DNA from: a bacterium
GTDB lineage: Bacteria; Omnitrophota; Gorgyraeia; Zapsychrales; Zapsychraceae
Direction: 5' to 3'
Length of the DNA: 64,000 bases
Assembly: GCA_030429765.1 (NCBI GenBank)
Contig: JAUIER010000005.1
Location: 3,175 to 67,174 of the forward strand
Each line of letters opens with the position of its first letter. Position 1 is the first letter of the stretch. The notes beneath the pieces are model-generated. The model had not been told where the DNA came from. It saw only the letters and a list, made by a program, of their open reading frames with translations, and searched no databases. The translations under genes were made by a program, and so were the position numbers. Shown one piece after another: positions 59,604 through 64,000 of this stretch.

Positions 59604-61121
59604 CTATTGAGAAGCCTTAATTCGTCTTTTTGGGCAACGAACCAGTAGTATACACCCGATGCACAAAAATACAAAAACATTCCCGAAGCGCGTGTACAAC
59701 GAAAGCCCGGTGTTGAGCGGCACCTCCTGGACAAACGTGCCGGCCACATCCACCCGGCGGCCATCCTCCGATTGAACCTCATTCAAACGCCGGCCGAACG
59801 GATCGATCACACTGCTGATACCCGTATTCGCCGACCGGACCAGCGAGCGCCGATTCTCCACCGCCCGAAAAATGGATGATGTTAGATGCAGATCCGCCGC
59901 CTTGGAATCCTTGAACCACGCGTCATTGGTCATGTTAAGCAGCCACTGCGCACCGGCCTGCACAAACGGCCGGGCCATCCGCGCAACCGTATCCTCAAAA
60001 CAAATCAGCACACTGAACGGCGCAATACCCGGCGACTCAAACACCGTCCATCGCTCACCGCGGGTAAAGTCCGAAATCGGCACCAGATCGGCCAATGGCC
60101 CGATCAGAGCGCGTCCAGGCAAAAACTCGCCGAACGGCACCAGATGAATCTTGTCATATTGCGAACCGATACGTCCATCCGCTCCCATCAACAGCACTGT
60201 GTTATGATAATCATCACCCCGGCGTTCAATCGCACCCAGCATCATCGGAATCGATACCGTGCGGGCCAGCGCTTCCACCTGACCAAACAGCGCGTCATCC
60301 TCGCCGAGGATCCCGGGAAACGATGTCTCCGGCCAGATGATCAGATCAGGTTTTTCGGCCGCTACCTCCATCGTGAATGTTCGGTACGCCTTCATGATCA
60401 TCGGCCAGGCGAACTCCGCCCACTTCATCTCCTGTTCGATATTTCCCTGAACCACACCGACGGTCAACGATTTCGCAGGCAAGGGCTGCGACAATCGGAT
60501 CAACCCGTACAGCCAGTGACTCACAAGTATCGCCGTAAAAACCGCCAAATAAACCCGACGGCAAAGCGGCCGCTCAGGTAAACGTCTGATCTGCGCCGCG
60601 AACACATTCACCATACAGACCACAAACGAAATCCCGTACACGCCCGCGACATCCGCGATCTGTATCGATACCAGGTTCGGCGCCTGCGAATGGCCCAGAC
60701 TGATCCAGTCAAATCCCGTAAACACGATTCCGCGAACCCACTCGAGCGCCACCCAGACACTCGGGATCACGATCAGTCGCTTCAGCGGTGTCCACTGAGA
60801 GGTGCGACACACATACATCCCGAAGACCGCATAATACAACGACAGATACAGAAACAAGGCCACCACACCGACGGCCGCCACAACCGAAAACCATTCCGTA
60901 ATGTGAAAGAGCCAATAAAGCGTACCGCTAAACGTCAGACATCCGCATAAAAACCCGATACGAATACCCTGCCACGTCGACTTACCGTCGAGGGCGATCA
61001 AGAAAGGAACCAGACTGATCCAGGCCAGCGGCCACCAGCTCATCGACGGAAACGATAAGGTGATCAGGATTGCCGTCGCCACGCACAGCATCAGATTTTT
61101 CAGATGTTCTGCCAAAACCAC
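59604..61121 (-). CDS. lnt: Apolipoprotein N-acyltransferase.
   Basis: N-terminal polytopic domain + nitrilase/CN-hydrolase domain (VVQGNIEQEMKW, IIWPETSFP, LVPFGEFLP, VLICFE). Confidence 0.85.
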   Translation of the reverse strand: MVLAEHLKNLMLCVATAILITLSFPSMSWWPLAWISLVPFLIALDGKSTWQGIRIGFLCGCLTFSGTLYWLFHITEWFSVVAAVGVVALFLYLSLYYAVFGMYVCRTSQWTPLKRLIVIPSVWVALEWVRGIVFTGFDWISLGHSQAPNLVSIQIADVAGVYGISFVVCMVNVFAAQIRRLPERPLCRRVYLAVFTAILVSHWLYGLIRLSQPLPAKSLTVGVVQGNIEQEMKWAEFAWPMIMKAYRTFTMEVAAEKPDLIIWPETSFPGILGEDDALFGQVEALARTVSIPMMLGAIERRGDDYHNTVLLMGADGRIGSQYDKIHLVPFGEFLPGRALIGPLADLVPISDFTRGERWTVFESPGIAPFSVLICFEDTVARMARPFVQAGAQWLLNMTNDAWFKDSKAADLHLTSSIFRAVENRRSLVRSANTGISSVIDPFGRRLNEVQSEDGRRVDVAGTFVQEVPLNTGLSLYTRFGNVFVFLCIGCILLVRCPKRRIKASQ

Positions 61122-61666
61122 CGTCCTTTGACCGGATGAAATACCTTACGGATCCGCGGCCGGCAGAAATACCAGACCATCCCGATACAAAATATCAGGT
61201 CAACCGCGATAAATGCCATTTGAGAAATTTTAGGATGCGACGGGTTCATCAACCGGTGCCGGCTGATGTCGGGCGGGTACAACGGATAGGCAAATTGATC
61301 GGTGATCGTACCGGCGGGCAGCTGATTGATCCCCTTTTGGTATTCCCAGTATATCTGTATATTCTCGAATACCGAATAAGGATGCTTCCAGCCGATGGTC
61401 ACAATCGTCGTGACGCACAAAAACAAGACCATGCGCCGCGCCCAGGCCTTGTGACACATCAATCCGATGGCCGTGATGATCCCGACGAGCCTCAGACCGA
61501 CGGACATGTAGTAACGATCATTGATCTGACCGGAAGGCAGCTGCTGAAACATAAACACGTAATAGTCGTAGTCGAGAAAGCCGAAGAGTTTGTAGCACGA
61601 ACCTAAGATCAGGAGGACCGCGGCCACGATCACACCGCGAGGTTTACGTTTTATTGACCGCAGCAT
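61100..61666 (-). CDS. Hypothetical membrane protein overlapping the lnt start.
   Basis: ORF with N-terminal TM; no motif. Confidence 0.35.
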   Translation of the reverse strand: MLRSIKRKPRGVIVAAVLLILGSCYKLFGFLDYDYYVFMFQQLPSGQINDRYYMSVGLRLVGIITAIGLMCHKAWARRMVLFLCVTTIVTIGWKHPYSVFENIQIYWEYQKGINQLPAGTITDQFAYPLYPPDISRHRLMNPSHPKISQMAFIAVDLIFCIGMVWYFCRPRIRKVFHPVKGRWFWQNI

Positions 61667-64000
61667 TTTTTATATTTTTTTCCGCTGCCGCACGGGCAAG
61701 GATCATTCCGTCCGACCTTGGGACCTTCCGTCCGCACCGGAGCCTGACGTGGAGCCGCGCTGTCCGACTGCTGGGGCATGGCCGCGGCCTGCGGCGCCAT
61801 GTTCTGAGCCACATCGACGATATCACCGGCATCATCATGCACATAGTTCTGCGGTAATGAACTGAATACGCCCTTGATCCGCTGGGAGCGGTCGGCCGGC
61901 TGCATCTTCATGATCAATTCCGCGACTTCCTGATTGATCGACGCGTACATGGTCTCAAACATCCCGAAGCCTTCCTTCTTGTACTCGATCAACGGATCAC
62001 GTTGGCCGTAAGACCGAAGTCCAATCCCTTCCTTAAGCAGGTCCATCGCGTAAAGGTGATCTTTCCATTTGGAGTCGATCATGTTGAGCATGAGCATGCG
62101 TTCAAGATAGCGCAACTGATCGGCGCCGATATCTTTTTCTTTGGCGTCGTACTGCTTCATCAAATCATCGAGGATCAATTGCGTAATATCCGCCTGCGAC
62201 ATCTCGGTGATCTTGTCTTTCTGCGGTGACAGATCGTAATCAAACGCCACCTTCAAATAACTGTTCAGGCCGTCAAAATCCCACTGATCTTCCTTGCCTT
62301 CCACGAACAGGTGGTCCGCCACTACCGCGGAGACTAAACCTTCTATCGCCTCGACGACAACATACTTGATGTCATCTGTCTCCAAGACCATGCGGCGCAG
62401 ATCATAGATAACCTCACGCTGACGGTTCATGACGTTGTCATATTCGAGCAGATGTTTTCGGATCTCGAAGTTATGCCCCTCGACACGTTTTTGCGCGTTT
62501 TCTAACGCCCGGTTCAGCCACGGATGTTCCAGCGCCTGGCCTTCTTCCATCCCCAACTTATCCATCACGCCGATAATCCGATCGGAGGCAAATAAACGCA
62601 TCAAATCATCTTCCAATGAAACATAAAATCTCGACGCCCCCGGATCACCCTGTCGTCCCTGTCGACCGCGCAACTGATTGTCGATCCGTCGGGATTCATG
62701 CCGCTCCGTCCCCAACACATACAGCCCGCCCAGCTCGCGCACCTTGACCTGCTCTTCCTTACACTTTTGGGTGAATTGCGAAATAAACTTCTGCGTCATC
62801 TCATCGCGTTCAGCATCACTCGCGCCGTCCTTGATCTTTTGATCAACGAGATTCGCCGCCAAAAATTCCGGGTTTCCGCCCAGCACAATATCCGTCCCTC
62901 GACCGGCCATGTTCGTGGCAATCGTGACCCCGCCCAGACGCCCGGCCTGCGCGATGATATTGGCTTCCTGCGTGTGAAACTTGGCGTTCAGGACATTGTG
63001 CGCGATTCCCCGCTGCTTCAACATACGGGAGAGCAGCTCCGAACGCTCAATCGAGATCGTCCCGACGAGCACCGGCTGACCTTTTTGATGACATTCAGCA
63101 ATGTCGCTCACAACCGCTTCGTACTTTTCCTTTTGCGACTTGTAGATGGCATCGGGATAGTTCAATCGCTGAAGTTTTTTATTGGTGGGAATAACGACCG
63201 TCTCAAGTTTGTAGATTTGCTTAAATTCGGTCGCCTCGGTATAAGCCGTCCCGGTCATCCCTGAAAGCTTTTCGTATAGACGGAAATAGTTCTGAAAGGT
63301 GATGGTCGCCAGCGTCTGATTTTCCCGCTCGATCTTGATGCCTTCCTTGGCCTCTACCGCCTGGTGCAGACCGTCCGACCAGCGCCGGCCCGGCATCATC
63401 CGTCCGGTGAATTCGTCGACAATAATGACTTCTCCGTCCTGAACCACATAGTCCACATCGCGGACAAAAAATTCCTTGGCCTTGAGCGCGGCCATGATGT
63501 GATGCCGCTCTTCGATGGTCTCCATATCGTGCAGGTTATCGATACCCAGCAGTTTTGCCGCTTTTTCCTCGCCGGCGTCCGACAATGAAATGGATTTGTT
63601 TTTCTCGTCCGCCAGATAATCGAAACCTTCAGATAAATCGATCTCCTTGTGCTTGGCGTCTACTTCATCCTTTTCGGTGATCCGTCGTCCGGTGAGCTGT
63701 TTACTGACATCGAAGGCTTTATAGTATTTGTCCGTGGCCTTCTCCGAGGGCCCCGAAATAATCAAGGGAGTTCGCGCCTCGTCGACAAGAATACTATCAA
63801 CCTCATCAACGATCGAAAAATGATGCGGACGCTGGACCATGGCCTCTTTGTAGTTGACCATATTGTCCCGCAGGTAATCAAATCCGAACTCATTGTTGGT
63901 TCCGTAGGTAATGTCGCAATCGTACGCTTTTTTACGTTCTTCCGGGATCATATCATGCAGGATCACGCCGACGGTGAGCCCCAAAAACCGGTACAACGGC
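61651..64000 (-). CDS. secA: Preprotein translocase ATPase SecA, partial (the N-terminal ~190 aa lie beyond the window end).
   Basis: Conserved SecA motor-domain blocks and the C-terminal zinc-binding tail RNDPCPCGSGKKYKKCCG. Confidence 0.9.
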   Translation of the reverse strand, partial: PLYRFLGLTVGVILHDMIPEERKKAYDCDITYGTNNEFGFDYLRDNMVNYKEAMVQRPHHFSIVDEVDSILVDEARTPLIISGPSEKATDKYYKAFDVSKQLTGRRITEKDEVDAKHKEIDLSEGFDYLADEKNKSISLSDAGEEKAAKLLGIDNLHDMETIEERHHIMAALKAKEFFVRDVDYVVQDGEVIIVDEFTGRMMPGRRWSDGLHQAVEAKEGIKIERENQTLATITFQNYFRLYEKLSGMTGTAYTEATEFKQIYKLETVVIPTNKKLQRLNYPDAIYKSQKEKYEAVVSDIAECHQKGQPVLVGTISIERSELLSRMLKQRGIAHNVLNAKFHTQEANIIAQAGRLGGVTIATNMAGRGTDIVLGGNPEFLAANLVDQKIKDGASDAERDEMTQKFISQFTQKCKEEQVKVRELGGLYVLGTERHESRRIDNQLRGRQGRQGDPGASRFYVSLEDDLMRLFASDRIIGVMDKLGMEEGQALEHPWLNRALENAQKRVEGHNFEIRKHLLEYDNVMNRQREVIYDLRRMVLETDDIKYVVVEAIEGLVSAVVADHLFVEGKEDQWDFDGLNSYLKVAFDYDLSPQKDKITEMSQADITQLILDDLMKQYDAKEKDIGADQLRYLERMLMLNMIDSKWKDHLYAMDLLKEGIGLRSYGQRDPLIEYKKEGFGMFETMYASINQEVAELIMKMQPADRSQRIKGVFSSLPQNYVHDDAGDIVDVAQNMAPQAAAMPQQSDSAAPRQAPVRTEGPKVGRNDPCPCGSGKKYKKCCGQ

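Overview
Most likely a fragment of a Gram-negative, PEP-CTERM-bearing bacterium of unknown lineage; most genes lie on the minus strand. Left half (about 0.6-32.4 kb) looks like a mosaic genomic island inserted at the 3' end of a tRNA-Met(CAT), probably the initiator tRNA. The intact tRNA is at 32347..32423 (-), and a 45-bp perfect direct copy of its 3' part sits at 597..641. The island has matching 18-bp subterminal repeats at both ends. Island contents: a tyrosine integrase, an AlpA/Xis-like excisionase, a P4-type primase-helicase and an AT-rich cargo block of defence-like genes. The defence-like genes are an N-terminal PHP phosphoesterase fused to a coiled-coil SMC/ABC-type ATPase, an adjacent PD-(D/E)xK-like protein, an XRE HTH and a small PD-(D/E)xK-like ORF. 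The island also holds an EPS priming sugar transferase plus a PEP-CTERM protein, and a long minus-strand array. The array: a 1257-aa surface protein with four tandem modules plus FN3 domains, a TolB-like beta-propeller, two secreted proteins, then a Sec-signal RHS polymorphic toxin with an unusual C-terminal tip and a tandemly duplicated Cys-motif putative immunity protein. A secretin with a PilP/GspC-like partner, a rhodanese-cytochrome b5 fusion and an SGNH hydrolase also lie in the island. Right half (32.4-64 kb) is higher-GC core genome. It encodes ftsB, eno, an unusual FtsH-like protease with three tandem AAA+ modules (the middle one Walker-B degenerate), purN, a TMTC-like GT-C glycosyltransferase with TPRs, a znuAB-like metal cluster, tRNA-Phe, an NSS transporter, H+-PPase, a Ca/cation antiporter, an LpxL-like acyltransferase, lnt and partial secA. 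The metal cluster has a porin, a His-rich protein, a MerC-like protein and an RHH metal regulator. The tRNA-Phe has a 3.5-kb AT-rich islet on its 3' side containing a GIY-YIG protein, an L,D-transpeptidase-like protein and Zn-ribbon proteins. No CRISPR array or rRNA was seen. All functional calls come from reading motifs in the supplied translations; none was verified by search.
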